From positions 81,034,001-81,098,000 of the forward strand of contig NC_043002.1 of the NCBI RefSeq assembly GCF_006345805.1: a stretch of DNA of 64,000 nucleotides, given 5' to 3'. Every line of letters begins with the position of its first letter. The first letter of the stretch is position 1. The stretch comes from Octopus sinensis. Lineage: Eukaryota. This document shows positions 52,758-64,000 of this stretch, piece by piece. The notes under the pieces were generated by a model. That model was given only the letters and a program-made list of their open reading frames with translations. It was not told the origin of the DNA and searched no databases. A program made the translations under genes and the position numbers.

Positions 52758-55700
52758 TCATAGAATCATAGTCAAAGTGGCTTCGTCATTCATACGTGCC
52801 ATCCTTGCTACATTCCCCCTTTTTTTAAAACATTCACTAGACAAAACTTGCTCTCTACTCTCTCACTTTTTTCTTCAAGTGATACTTGAAGAAGTTGATG
52901 AGAGATTGACCAGAGAGGAAAGTGTTTGTCTCTAATCCTTTCAGACGCGTCCACCAGATACATTCTTTCGCCATAGCCACAAGGATGATAAAAATAGCTC
53001 TTCCTTCCCGTTTGAAGAAGGAGGCGTGACGATATTAACGATAGACTCGGCTGATAAACCGACACGTCCCACACGTGACAGCAGTCGTTCGACATAAGCC
53101 CACAGGTGGGAAATTGCTGGACACTGCACGATTGCGTGCAGAGCGGTTTCGTCGCTCTGCCCGCATCTCGGGCAGGTCGGCCCCGTGTTTCTCGAGCCAT
53201 GCCTATAGAGCTTATCCCGAACGGGTAGCGCTTCTCGGTACACCGCCAGGCCAGGGATCTCTGGAAGTTGTCCATAGTCCCGGGCCGAAAGTCGTTTGAA
53301 ACAGGCGGGTCAGGTATTCCTCGTCGACGCCCAGGTTTGCCCCGAGCTCGTCGTCGTACCTCCCCTCCACTAATCCCCTATAGAATGCTTTGGTTGTGTT
53401 GAAGTCACTCAAGGTCGACCCGGGACGGCAGAGTTGCTTGAGAGCAACGCGACACTCGCGGTGCATTCGCCCTTCTTCGGCCTCTTTTTGATCCACGACT
53501 GTAGTTCGGTCATGGAGACGAGTTGCGGGAATGCGGTGCCTCACAAACGGCGACCACACCTGTTCACCGTCGTCTACATAGAGCCGGAGATGTCGCAGTC
53601 TCAGCGCGTGTCTGCGCATCATCAACCACGGCATGCCCAGCCCTCCTTTTAACGGGTGTTGACAGCAAATGATCGCCTGACCATCGGGACGCATCCTTTC
53701 CACAAGAAGCGGAAGAGGATGCGTTCTAGTTTGGTGATGGTAGGGTCGGGACAAGGTACGACGGTCAGGCGGTAGTAGATGATGGACGCGATGTACGCGT
53801 TCACCACCTCCGCCCGACCTTTTAGGGACAGTTTCCTCTCGGCCCATTGCTGGGCGAGAGTGACCACCCTACTCGTTATCTCGTTCCAGTTCTTCTCCAT
53901 TTGGAGTCCGGACCGAACCAGACCCCGAGCAAACCAACGGGCCGTCTGTCCAGCGTCCCACGACGGAGGTACTGGTGGACGGCATGGGTTGTGCTTCTCC
54001 AGGTGCCGAGCCGCAAGCCCACTGACTTTTCCCGGTTGATTTTTGCTCCTGTCACCGCTTTCGTATCTTTCAGTGTCTCGCCGACCCGCTCGATGTGCTC
54101 GTGGCTTGACACTATGACGGTGACGTCGTCCGCGTATGCAGACACGCTCGTCCCCCATCCTGATTCTCGCGGGATGCCCCTCAGAGTCGCCAGCTTCCGC
54201 AGTAGTGGCTCAAGAGTCAATACGTATAGAAGCGCCGAGAGGGGGCATCCCTGACGGACCGAACGTGCAATGTCGAAGGGTCTCGATAGATTCCATTTAC
54301 GCGAATTACCGAACGGATGCCTCTGTACAAGGCAGCTATCCACGCCCGGAAGACGGGACCGAAACCAGCCGCTCTCAGGACTGCCTCCAAGTATCGATGG
54401 TCTACCTATCAAAGGCTTTCGATTGATCCAAGTTGATCAGGGCCCCACCCATGCCAGGTTCGTTAACTACCCTGTCTATGATGTAGCGCATCAGATGGAG
54501 GTTGTCATGGATGCTCCGGCCCGGCACGGCGCACGTTTGTGCGTTGTCGACCAGTTTCTCCATGACAAGCGCCAACCTCTTGGCTAACACCTTTGTCAAA
54601 ATTTTCAGGTCTGCATTGAGCAGAGTGATTGGCCTAAAGTTATCTATAATGTTTCCCTTGTTTAGATCTTTCTCAGCAAGTTACAGCTCCTCGACTCACA
54701 AAACCGGGTATGCTCCCGTTTTCTGCCAGTTGCAGTATACCGCTGCCAAGACGTCTCCAAACAAGTCTGGCATACAATAGTAAAATTCGTAGGGTAGACC
54801 ATCCAAACCCGGTGATTTGTCCCTCGAGCATTCTGCCATCGCTTCCCGCACTTCCGCCGCCGTGATGGCACCTTCGCAGCACCCTGCCTTTCTTGTCGAG
54901 AGTCGTGGCAGGCTCTGTAGGTAGGCACTGAAGTCTACCCTACGTTCTTGCCCTCCACTCGTCCCGAACAGTCGGGCAAAATGCTGCTGAAAGGCCTCAC
55001 ACATTTTACTTGGCTCGAGCAATTCGCGCCACCTGTTCATCTACCAGTGACCGAATGGTGGCTTTGTTGCCCTGTTGCGCCTCTGCCACCCGGGCCTCTC
55101 TCGGGCTCCAACACCTTCGTTCCTTAGAGCACGCATCCTAGCTCTGACAGCACATCCTTCGTGGTTTGGCGTTGAAGTGTTGGTCGAGGGCCACCTCGCC
55201 GCCAAAACGTCGGATGCGATGCCGCTTCTAATTGCCTCTTCTAGCTTCTTAACTAGCTCACCCTCTACTCTATTTCTATCTATGGCTAGTGCTTTGCTGT
55301 ACCTAATCGCTTCTGCTTTTACTGCTCTCTTGAGGGCAAACCACCATTTGTTGTTGATGATGGCTCCCGTCAAAGCCCTCTTTACTAGTGTGCTAATCCG
55401 GTCTCTGAAAACTTGTCTGGACGGGAATGATGCGTTCAGTTTCCAGTACCCAGGACCCTGTCTATGTGCCTATCTAAGTCTAGCGTACACGTCACCAATT
55501 TGTGATCCGTGTAGCTGACTGTGTGGAATTGTGGACATCCTAAGTTATCCTTGTCTACTGTCCTACACGTATCCTATCTAGATACGATCTCGACGACCCA
55601 CTGCGGTTGCTCCATGTCCACGTTGGTGCATTTGGGTGGTCGAGTCGGTACCTGTCAGACAGTTGGAATCGTCTGAGCAGGTCTCTGAGGCATTTGCATC

Positions 55701-56180
55701 CCCTTCTGTTTCTGTCTCTACCCACGTAGTCTACATGCGTGTCCAAGGTAGCATTCCAATCCCCCACTAAGAGTAAAGGACGAGACGTTCCCAAGAATAC
55801 TTCTAGACGTCGAAAGAAATCCGCCCGACTGTTAAGGGCGGTGCGTAGACTGATACGAGTCGAAAAGCGCACCCATTGCTGCCGTCAACATCCAGAACGA
55901 TCAGTCTACCCTCCGGGTCTACGAATATCGTCTTGACTTCGAGATCCAGGCTCTTGTGAAAAAGTACCGCGGTGCCACTACCGCCCATCCTCGGCAGACA
56001 GGGAGCGAAATAAATGTTAAACTGTCCGCCAAACATGGACTTTAGGGCCCGTGGCTCGTGGAGTCTGGTCTCACTTATGGCTATGATTCCCAAATCATGT
56101 GACTTGATGTCATTTAGGAGGTATCCTTGTTTCCAAGGAGACCCCAAGCCACGCGCATTCACACAACCAATCTTGACCAT
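52758..56180 (-). pseudogene. LINE ORF2 (AP endonuclease, reverse transcriptase, C-terminal zinc finger), frameshifted
   Basis: MVKIGCVNARGL, ISETRL, VGDWNA, TW..SYLDRI, KSPGLDGLPYEFY, LDQSKAFDR, VRQGCPLS, AYADDV, GAKINREKS, CPRCGQSDETALHAIVQC. Confidence 0.92.
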
Positions 56181-56230
56181 GATTCTATTGGGGTGTGTGC
56201 TTTAAAACACACAAATGAAAGTACAGAGAG

Positions 56231-58149
56231 TTACTTACTTGTGTCGAAAGTTTTGGCTTCCTCGTTCTTTGATGTGTCTTCGAGGAGTTTCTATATAGTT
56301 TTTGGGACAGATATTTCTGGAAACCCCCTACAGCATTTGGGAAGAGGGCTTTGAGTTTGTGGTGTTGTGTTTGTGTGATGTGTAGTATTTTGATGTGTTT
56401 GGGTGGGGTGTAGTGCGTGGATGATTGCTATTTTTAAAGTCATCTTCACAAATTTTGTGTATCCTGTGATGTACTCCATTAGTTTGGAGTCTTTTGTGTC
56501 TATCGCTGATAGCATTGTTTTTGTGGTGTTGGTGCTTGTTTTGTTGTGTATGGAGTTTTCAGGGTTCAGGTATCTCCCTGCTTTGGTTGCGATTTCTTGT
56601 TTGGTTTTCTTGATCTTTTTCTTTTACCCCCTGTGGCTATTTGCCATTCTGTCGAACTTTCATCGTTAGATGAAAAGTCTGACGAATCAGCAGGGGGCAA
56701 GGGTAAAGCGTCTGGGTGTGTTTGTGCGGTTGTAGATATTGTTGTGGTGCGCGGGGAGGGTGTTGCTGGGGGTTTGTTGTGGTTTATATCTCTCCTACAT
56801 CCTTGGTGCTTGTCTTCTTCGTTGTTATTCTTGGTGTTGGAATTGGTTTATTTGTTGTTGGTGGTGATGATTCTGTTCTTGGCGCTGGTGTTGTGTTGTT
56901 TGGTTGGTTGTTGGCTTGTTCTTTGTTGTTTTTCCTGCATTTCCGCATACAGCTTCTTGACTAGCTGTCCATATTGTGGTGGGGCAATAATCCTGGCTTT
57001 TGTGATTTTTCCTGTGGCTGTTGTTGTTGTTGTAATTTTGCGCAGATTTGCACATTTCACTCCTTTTTGAGGTGTGCCTCACTGCCACATGTATATCATC
57101 GTGGCCTTCTGCCCTCGACTACTACGTATAACTTGCGGCCATCCTCAAGATGTACGTGGGTGGGGATTTTATTTATGTCCTCTTGACTTATGTGGAAGAG
57201 GAACTATTCTCTTTCCCAGCCAGTCCTTGTTTTCCGAAACACCGATCTAGGATGTTTAAGTCCTCCATTTCGGATGTTAAGGCGGATGTAATCCCAGTGT
57301 TGTAGTCACCTGGGGGACACCACTGATAATGACTTTCGTCACCTTCTGGCCGAGGTAACTCGGTGTCAACGTTAGTTCATCAGAATGAAGGGTTATCGTT
57401 GAGAATTTCTTCGCCAACTCTTCATTCTGAAAAACCACCTGTACGTGTGCGAACTTGTTCGCCCAAGTCACACAATCCTTGTATCCCCAGATGGGGCGTA
57501 AGCACTTTTCGACTTTGTCTGTGCTTGCCTTTTCTGGACTTTTTGTTTTTTTATTTGTGATTTTATATACAATTGTCTTTTTTTTTCTCCTCATTCAGTA
57601 TGTGCTGAGGTATGTGTAAGAGTATTTTTCCGTTTTGATTTGTAATAAGGGTTCTGCAATCTTTAATCTGTTGTGTAGTAAACGAAACTTTTGTTACCTT
57701 TTCTTTTATCGCCTCGGCGAAGTTTGTTGTTTTGTTATTGTTGTTACTGCCGGTGGTGTTGGTGTTGATGGCAGGGGTGTGGGTTGTAGGTTTGTGGTTG
57801 CTGATTATGCAACTAGCAAGGGGTGGAAAATTGCCTGCGTAATTTAGTCCTGCATTAGCGCAAATTTCGGCATTTCGTTTGCTTGTCGTCGTTATTTTTT
57901 CACTTGTTGGTGATGGAGTGAGCAGTGGTTGAAGGGATTGTTGTTGTCGTCGTCGTTGTTGTTGTTGTTGTTGTGTTGTTGTTGTTGTTGTTGTTGTTGT
58001 TATTGTCGTTCTTGATGACGGCGGTGGTGTTAGTAGTATTAGTAGCATTGACGGCACGGTCTTTGGTGGCGGTGATGGTGGTTGTTGGTATTGTTATTGG
58101 TGGCGATGTCTTTAGTAGGGATAGTAGTTTTAGTAGCAGATTCTGCCAT
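56231..58149 (-). pseudogene. LINE ORF1 (gag-like, RRM-like region plus CX2CX4HX4C knuckle), disrupted
   Basis: ATG at 58149; HVQVVFQNEELAKKF, KVTKVIISGVP, VVVEGRRPR*YTCGSEAHLKKE*; ends ~50 nt before ORF2. Confidence 0.7.
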
Positions 58150-58544
58150 GGTGTTGTCGGTGTTTTGTGGTGGACTTACTGATGGTGTTGACGGTGCTTG
58201 GCCTTGCGACCTTTGTTTTGTATGTGTTGCTGTTGTCAGGTTCAGCGTATGCTAACAGAGCATCCTGTTTTTCTGTTTCTGCTCACGCTTGACTTGCACC
58301 TCAGCCTCGTGGTGACCAGTGGCCATTTTGGAAATAAAATGGCTAAATGAAACCACGAAGGCTATGAGAATTTTTTCTTTTAATTTTGCCCACAAGGGGC
58401 AAAATTTTGTGTAGATATTTATCAAAAGTTTGCAGTGGATGTTGTTGCACAACTTTTAACACAAAAATATTTGTCAATATACACTTTTGAACGTACAAAA
58501 AACCAACTTACGTGGAGCCCATTTGACTTGCGTCTGTCTGTCCC

Positions 58545-58604
<60 letters not shown>

Positions 58605-58649
58605 CATACATACATACATACATACATACATAGATAGATACATAGAGAA

Positions 58650-58686
<37 letters not shown>

Positions 58687-58705
58687 GACAGACAGACAGA
58701 CAGAA
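58545..58705. repeat. (GATA)n(CATA)n(GA)n(GACA)n compound microsatellite
   Basis: Directly visible. Confidence 0.9.
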
Positions 58706-59316
58706 AGATGTAGACGTCAGATTTTTGGAGAATCAACACAGCGGGATTATTAAAACCTTAATCAAACTGTATATTCTCCAAATTTCAGATAAATAGCGAT
58801 ATATTCCTGAAAATGGTCTCATTCTGACAATCATTTAAACAGCGTACATTCGTTAATAAACGCGTGAATGATTCACTAAAAATTGCCTTACAGAGAATTA
58901 GCCTAGATTTATTCAAACTATTTCACGAAATTTGCTTACAGATTAATGGAAATATGGTTGCTACTCGTCTCATGCTACGTAACACTTTAGCAAGTCACAT
59001 TTGTAGCGTTTGATTAGATTACAAATATATAAAATATAGACTAAAGTAATAATGACAATTAGCTTAATTCCAGTAATTATTTCATTAAGATATCGACTCT
59101 CTTGGGGAGAAGTTGTACCAATAAGCTGTGATAAGTTTACAACGGCTACGATAACGACGACGGCAACGATCACCATCACCACTACGCTGACCACCACCAT
59201 GAAAGCTATGATGATTACGATGATAACGGCCATAAGCACCACGATGATGAAGATAATAGAAATAATGTCAATAATAACAACAATAATAAAAGCAATAATA
59301 ATAATAATAATAATAA

Positions 59317-59357
<41 letters not shown>

Positions 59358-59670
59358 GGGTTTATCATAGCAGCTCAAGATCAATGCCTACCAACAAGAA
59401 ACTACCAGGCCAACATATTAAAGAACGGCAGTAGCCCAACATGTCGTGTATGTCAACAACAAAATGAAACCATTGATCATGTTGTCTCCAAGTGCAGTCT
59501 TCTAGCGCCTACAGAGTATCTCAACAGACATGATAGAGCTGCACAATATATTCACTGGGTAATTTGCAAAAACCTGGATTTGCCCCATGATAAAACGGGT
59601 GGGAACACAAACCACCTCTAGTGCTTGAAAATGACCGCATCTCACTCCTCTGGAACTTCACCATTCAAAC
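59358..59670 (+). mobile_element. R4/Dong-like fragment (CCHC region) starting directly after (TAA)n
   Basis: GFIIAAQDQCLPTRNYQ, CRVCQQQNETIDHVVSKC, YLNRHDRAAQYIHW, ISLLWNFTIQT. Confidence 0.85.
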
Positions 59671-60136
59671 CATTCAAACTGAAAGAGTCCAGAAGCTGGC
59701 TACCCGCATGGTTCTTGGTCTCAAGAATTTGTCTTGTGAAGAAAGGCTGAAGACACTTAACCTTTATTCTCTAGAAAAACGACGACGCCGTGGTGATCTC
59801 ATTCTTGCTCACAACATCATAAGCGGAAAGTGTAACCTCTCGAAAGAGATGTTCTTCACTCCTGCTCCAGAGCGTCGGTTGCAGGGTCACTCCGAAAAGC
59901 TCTATCTGCGACGATTTCATCTCAATCGAAGGAAAGGGGCTTTCTCCGTCCGGGTAGCGGATCCGTGGAATAAGCTGCCGGACGAGATGGTGAAGATGCC
60001 GACGACCGCTCGGTTCAAAATCTCCCTTGACCACAAGTGGCCTGAACTCTTTACATGAACACCACCCTGTACATAACTCCATGCCCCCCTACATGGCCTT
60101 GCTTTTTGCTTTTTGAACCAAAAATTAACTAACTAA
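59671..60136 (+). mobile_element. CR1-clade LINE 3' end
   Basis: ERVQKLATRMVLGLKNLSCEERLKTLNLYSLEKRRRRGDLI...FSVRVADPWNKLP; short 3' UTR ending in (AACT) repeats. Confidence 0.88.
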
Positions 60137-60353
60137 TTGAGCATGTCCCTTGGTGGCTGACGATATGTGCATCTCTAATCACGAGCAGAAATAGTTGGGG
60201 AGCATCATAGCCATGTGTTGAGAAGGATTCTTCGGGATTTGAATAATTCACCTTTGGAAACATGGGTGTTTCGTTCAACATCCTTAAACAACTCTCATTA
60301 AGGGACTTTTTGAGCGGGATGGGTTACTCGACCTGATGAAAATTCTCTCACTC
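60137..60353. mobile_element. repeat X partial, inverted, internally deleted copy
   Basis: Reverse complement of ~4725-4930 joined directly to the terminal CTCTCACTC, then TAA repeats. Confidence 0.75.
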
Positions 60354-60359
60354 AATAAT

Positions 60360-60517
60360 AATAGTATGATCGAGATACTGGTGCTGGTGCTTGTGCTGAT
60401 GCTGCTGCTGCTGGTGGTGATGCTGGTGATGCTGGTGGTGGTGAGGTTGCGGATGACGACAACGATGACGACGACAACGACGATGACGACGACAACGACG
60501 ACGCTGGAGATGATGGA

Positions 60518-60551
<34 letters not shown>

Positions 60552-60692
60552 TTGATGGTGATGTTGATGGTGATGGTGATGATAATGATGATGATGATGA
60601 TGATGATTATGATGATGATAATGTAGTTGATGATGATGATGGTAGTGATGATGATGAGGATGATGATGATGAAGATGATGATGATGATGATA

Positions 60693-60730
<38 letters not shown>

Positions 60731-60780
60731 AATGATGATGATGATGATGATGAGGATGATGATGATGATGATGATGATGA
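60360..60780. repeat. (GAT)n/(GCT)/(GAC) trinucleotide tract
   Basis: Directly visible. Confidence 0.9.
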
Positions 60781-61518
60781 AGTGTCAGCTGAATTAGATG
60801 TATTAGTGAAACCAGGATTTACTAATTATGGCTATTCTGATGATGTTTAATGGAAATTGCACACAAATTTAATTGAAGCCACTTGTGGTTTTAGTAATAA
60901 TATTGTTCCAAGACGTACGGTACGAGGCGAAAATGACTCTCAGCCATAAGTCTATAGCAATTCGCTTTCGAAGATACATATTTTATTTCGAGGCACACAC
61001 AAACATATATAGAAATGCGAATATATGTAGTTCATATGTGAAAATCAGATATTCCCTATGTAGAATGTACTTAGTAGCGCGCAAGGGGTATAAACTTGAG
61101 CGGCTATAGAGGTAAATAGAGGGATAAGCAAATTAGACAGCTCAATATATAAAGTATATTAAATACATGAAATATAAAAAATGCTTACATATAAAAATGT
61201 CCAACTTAAACAGAATACAAATAATATATAGAATTAAACAAGTTGAATAAAAGTATTACATATCCAACAGCTCTTTGTAGATTGATTCCATCGTAGGATG
61301 AGATGAGCGTCCGTCTTCGGGGAAGAAATCTTACATTTGAACTTCTTTCCCTTAATGAAAGAAGTTCAAATGTTGATCTTACTCATCCTTACATTTACTT
61401 CTGTGTGGTTATGCGTTTGTTTATATATAGGTGCAGGCGTGGCTGTGTTGTTTAGTTTCCGACCACATGGCGATGGAGATTCAAGGCATCACCTTGAATC
61501 TTCCCTCCCTCTCTCTTC

Positions 61519-61551
<33 letters not shown>

Positions 61552-61554
61552 CTC

Positions 61555-61775
61555 AGTGACCATCAGCACAGATTCCGCAGACTCATATCCGCAGGAGATC
61601 TACTATCATATCACTCAAGAGAAATTCGACGAAAGCGACGTTGTTGTTCTAGACATCAGCAAAGACTTCGACCATGTGCGACACGTAAATTTCTTATGAA
61701 AAACTGCCTGTCTAAGGTCTCTACGCATCACCCATTTCTTGGATTAGTAGATTCTTGTCAGAGGGCATCATTGCG
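61555..61775 (+). pseudogene. non-LTR RT fragment (CR1/Jockey-group)
   Basis: VVVLDISKDFDHVRH..FL*KL and ISWISRFLS (LDISKAFDRVWH...WI..FL-like). Confidence 0.65.
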
Positions 61776-62117
61776 GCCATATTATATAACTGGTAATGGA
61801 CAAATCAGTTTTGTTTTAATTTTTTTTTTAAATAATCAACTTATAAGTTTCTGTACGAATTTAAATATAAATGAGTTATACAAATTTCAGAAATCGCTAG
61901 ACACTCAGACCTAGGTGATCCACTCGGGGTTGATCAACCCTAGCTTGTGTCCAGTTAGTATTATGCATGGTAACACTGATCCACAACCACCTCTGTTACC
62001 TAAAAAACCTTTACAGTCAACCTGCTACCTGCACAACCAGCCTGATGATCTGTGGCCCCTATGATGCCAAGCATGCTGTAACTTCTGAAAAGTTACTGGA
62101 ATGCAAACCCTCTAAAA

Positions 62118-62628
62118 CAGGGGATTCTCAACCATTTTTTCATCTATAGGGCCCTTTGACTAGTTCTTTATTTTGGTGGACCCTCATAGCCATTCGATGT
62201 TTAAAACTTAGTTTTATAGAAACTTCTTTCAGAATTACTATTTTGTTTTTCCTACTTTACCTTGTGTAGGTTGAGCAATGTAAAATATTGGAGAAAGAAA
62301 CCTAGTCGTTTCTTGCAATGCATACCAATACATACATCGAAAGCAAAATTCTTTCAGTGGTCTTTAAAATATTATTGTGGATCTCCAAACTACTTTTCTG
62401 TGTGGAGCCCAAAATATCTTATGTAGACCTTCATTGAGCAATGTAAAATATTGGAGAAAGAAACCTAGTCGTTTCTTGCAATGCATACCAATACATACAT
62501 CGAAAGCAAAATTCTTTCAGTGGTCTTTAAAATATTATTGTGGATCTCCAAACTACTTTTCTGTGTGGAGCCCAAAATATCTTATGTGGACCTTCATGGG
62601 CCATACGGAACCCGGTTGAGAACCGCTG
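62118..62628. mobile_element. hAT-type MITE with a 163-bp internal tandem duplication (62271-62433 / 62434-62596)
   Basis: CAGGGATTCTCAACC versus reverse complement CAGCGGTTCTCAACC; duplicated units differ at one position I could see; no TSD retained. Confidence 0.7.
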
Positions 62629-62687
62629 CAACAGTATCTATTTTCCCAATAACCTATGAAGGATTCATATTACCTGCAACGTAATAT

Positions 62688-62850
62688 TGTTTTTCAAATT
62701 TTGGCACAAGGCCAGGAATTCCAGGAGCAGGGGTAAGTCGATTATATCAAATCCCAATGTGCAACTGGTACCTATTTTATCGACCTCGAAAGGATGAAAG
62801 GCAGAGTTGACACGGGTGACATTTGAACTCAGAATGTAAAAGTTGGAAGG
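62688..62850 (-). mobile_element. SINE family B
   Basis: Family-B reverse complement; a similar copy lies at 63608-63760. Confidence 0.7.
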
Positions 62851-63098
62851 CAAGTGAGTAAAAAACTTGTTGAACATTAACAAACTACCTCATAGCTTCA
62901 AGTAAAGCGTGCACAGTTGGGATACCTGAGGTTTTCCAGCTGTTCGCCGTTAATTAATCCGTTATACTGATATAAGTTTATACTAAGGGAGAGCATTGTT
63001 ATTGAAGAAACACCTGTACTCATACTTGTGTCTGTACGTGCGTGTGTGTGTGTGTGCGTGTGTAAATCCCTCTCTCTCTCTTTTTTCTGTGTATATAA

Positions 63099-63235
<137 letters not shown>

Positions 63236-63339
63236 ATGAGCACTCATAGAGCGCAAACCTCCGCCAAGTTAACACCAACATCCTCTCAACGATTAGCCAA
63301 ATATGATTTTTGAAATGAGAATATCTGAAATAAACTCGA

Positions 63340-63607
63340 TTGCTCTCACAAACGAGAATACTAAAAATGAACATGACTGCTCTCAAAAATTAAGTAAAAA
63401 AAACAGTAGAAGTAATTCAGAATCCTTGTCCAGCACCAAATCGATCCCAAAATCTAATAAGTTCGTGCCACCTCACGAAGCCAAACATTCCTGAAAGTTT
63501 CATCCGAATTCATCCAGCGGTTCTTCAGATATCTTGTCCACAGACAAACAAACAAACAAACAAACACGATACAAAAGAATACCTCCGCATTCGCTAAGCC
63601 GGAGGCA
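63340..63607 (+). mobile_element. possible Helentron-associated (HINE-like) element
   Basis: AAGTTTCATCCGAATTCATCCAGCGGTTC, (AAAC)n, terminal hairpin CCTCCG/CGGAGG (63582-63605). Confidence 0.35.
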
Positions 63608-63799
63608 ATAATGCTTTCAAATTTTGGCACAAGGCCAGCCATTTCAGGGGAGAGTGTAAGTTGATTGAATCGAACCCCAATGTGAAACTGCAACCTATTT
63701 TATCGACCCCGTAAAGATGAAAGGCAGAGTCGACACGGGCAGCATTTGAACTCAAATTCAATTTTAAAAAGCCCAAAGGCACATAAATACATAGATATA

Positions 63800-63976
63800 T
63801 ATATGTATACGACGGGTTTCTTTGAGTTTCCGTCTACAAAATCCACTTACAAGGCTTTGGTGGGCCCGAGGCTATAACAGGAGACACTTTCCCAAGGTGT
63901 CGCGCAATGGGACTGACCCAGAACCCTGTGGTCGGGAACGAAGCTTCTTAACCACCCACACTGCTACGCCTGCGCC
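63800..63976 (-). mobile_element. SINE family A 5' part
   Basis: Reverse complement aligns with 492-650. Confidence 0.75.
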
Positions 63977-64000
63977 TATTAGTGTTAATAAAAATATTGA

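Larger units (their letters stand above)
52303..58544 (-). mobile_element. near full-length L1/Tx1-clade LINE, inactive
   Basis: ORF1 with CCHC knuckle, ORF2 with APE-RT-zinc finger, pyrimidine-rich 3' UTR ending AATAAAGAAA; 5' boundary either ~58345 or 58544. Confidence 0.9.

Noticed and set aside
57057-57098. TGA at both outer Cys positions of the ORF1 CCHC knuckle (possible selenocysteine or recoding)
   Set aside because: The second TGA is explained by a 1-nt deletion (restoring it gives ECKCANLRK, continuing in the downstream ORF), and the element is frameshifted throughout.
60330-60350. CTGATGA/CTGAAGA inside repeat X
   Set aside because: No downstream stem II-GAAA in any copy.
63490-63535. 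CUGAAGA...GAAA on the minus strand
   Set aside because: Stem II is only 3 bp and offset, with no stem I and no palindromic stem III.

Overview
AT-rich, microsatellite-saturated animal genomic DNA. The SINE families and repeat landscape look like an octopod cephalopod (recognition from memory, not a database match). No host protein-coding gene, rRNA, true tRNA or CRISPR array can be supported; almost all long six-frame ORFs are translations of simple repeats. The window is a transposon graveyard: a near full-length but frameshifted L1/Tx1-clade LINE (52.3-58.5 kb, minus); at least seven R4/Dong-like RLE-LINE fragments, mostly abutting (TAA)n; CR1-like fragments; a TIR-to-TIR Hsmar1-like mariner plus other Tc1/mariner/maT relics; hAT and other MITEs; Helitron-associated elements; and more than 25 tRNA-derived SINE copies. 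Main discovery: six minimal type-I hammerhead-ribozyme motifs of the Penelope-like-element (PLE) kind, with a palindromic stem III, belonging to four unrelated repeat families with different cores (canonical C3:G8, U3:A8, G3:C8, A6U). The canonical motif forms the 3' tail of a tRNA-headed SINE present as a head-to-head dimer, i.e. a candidate ribozyme-carrying, PLE-partnered SINE. Second: the Tx1-like LINE lies between (TATC)n tracts and shares a terminal stem-loop plus AAAGAAA tail with a SINE subfamily. Boundaries of degenerate repeats are approximate, and ribozyme activity is inferred from structure only.
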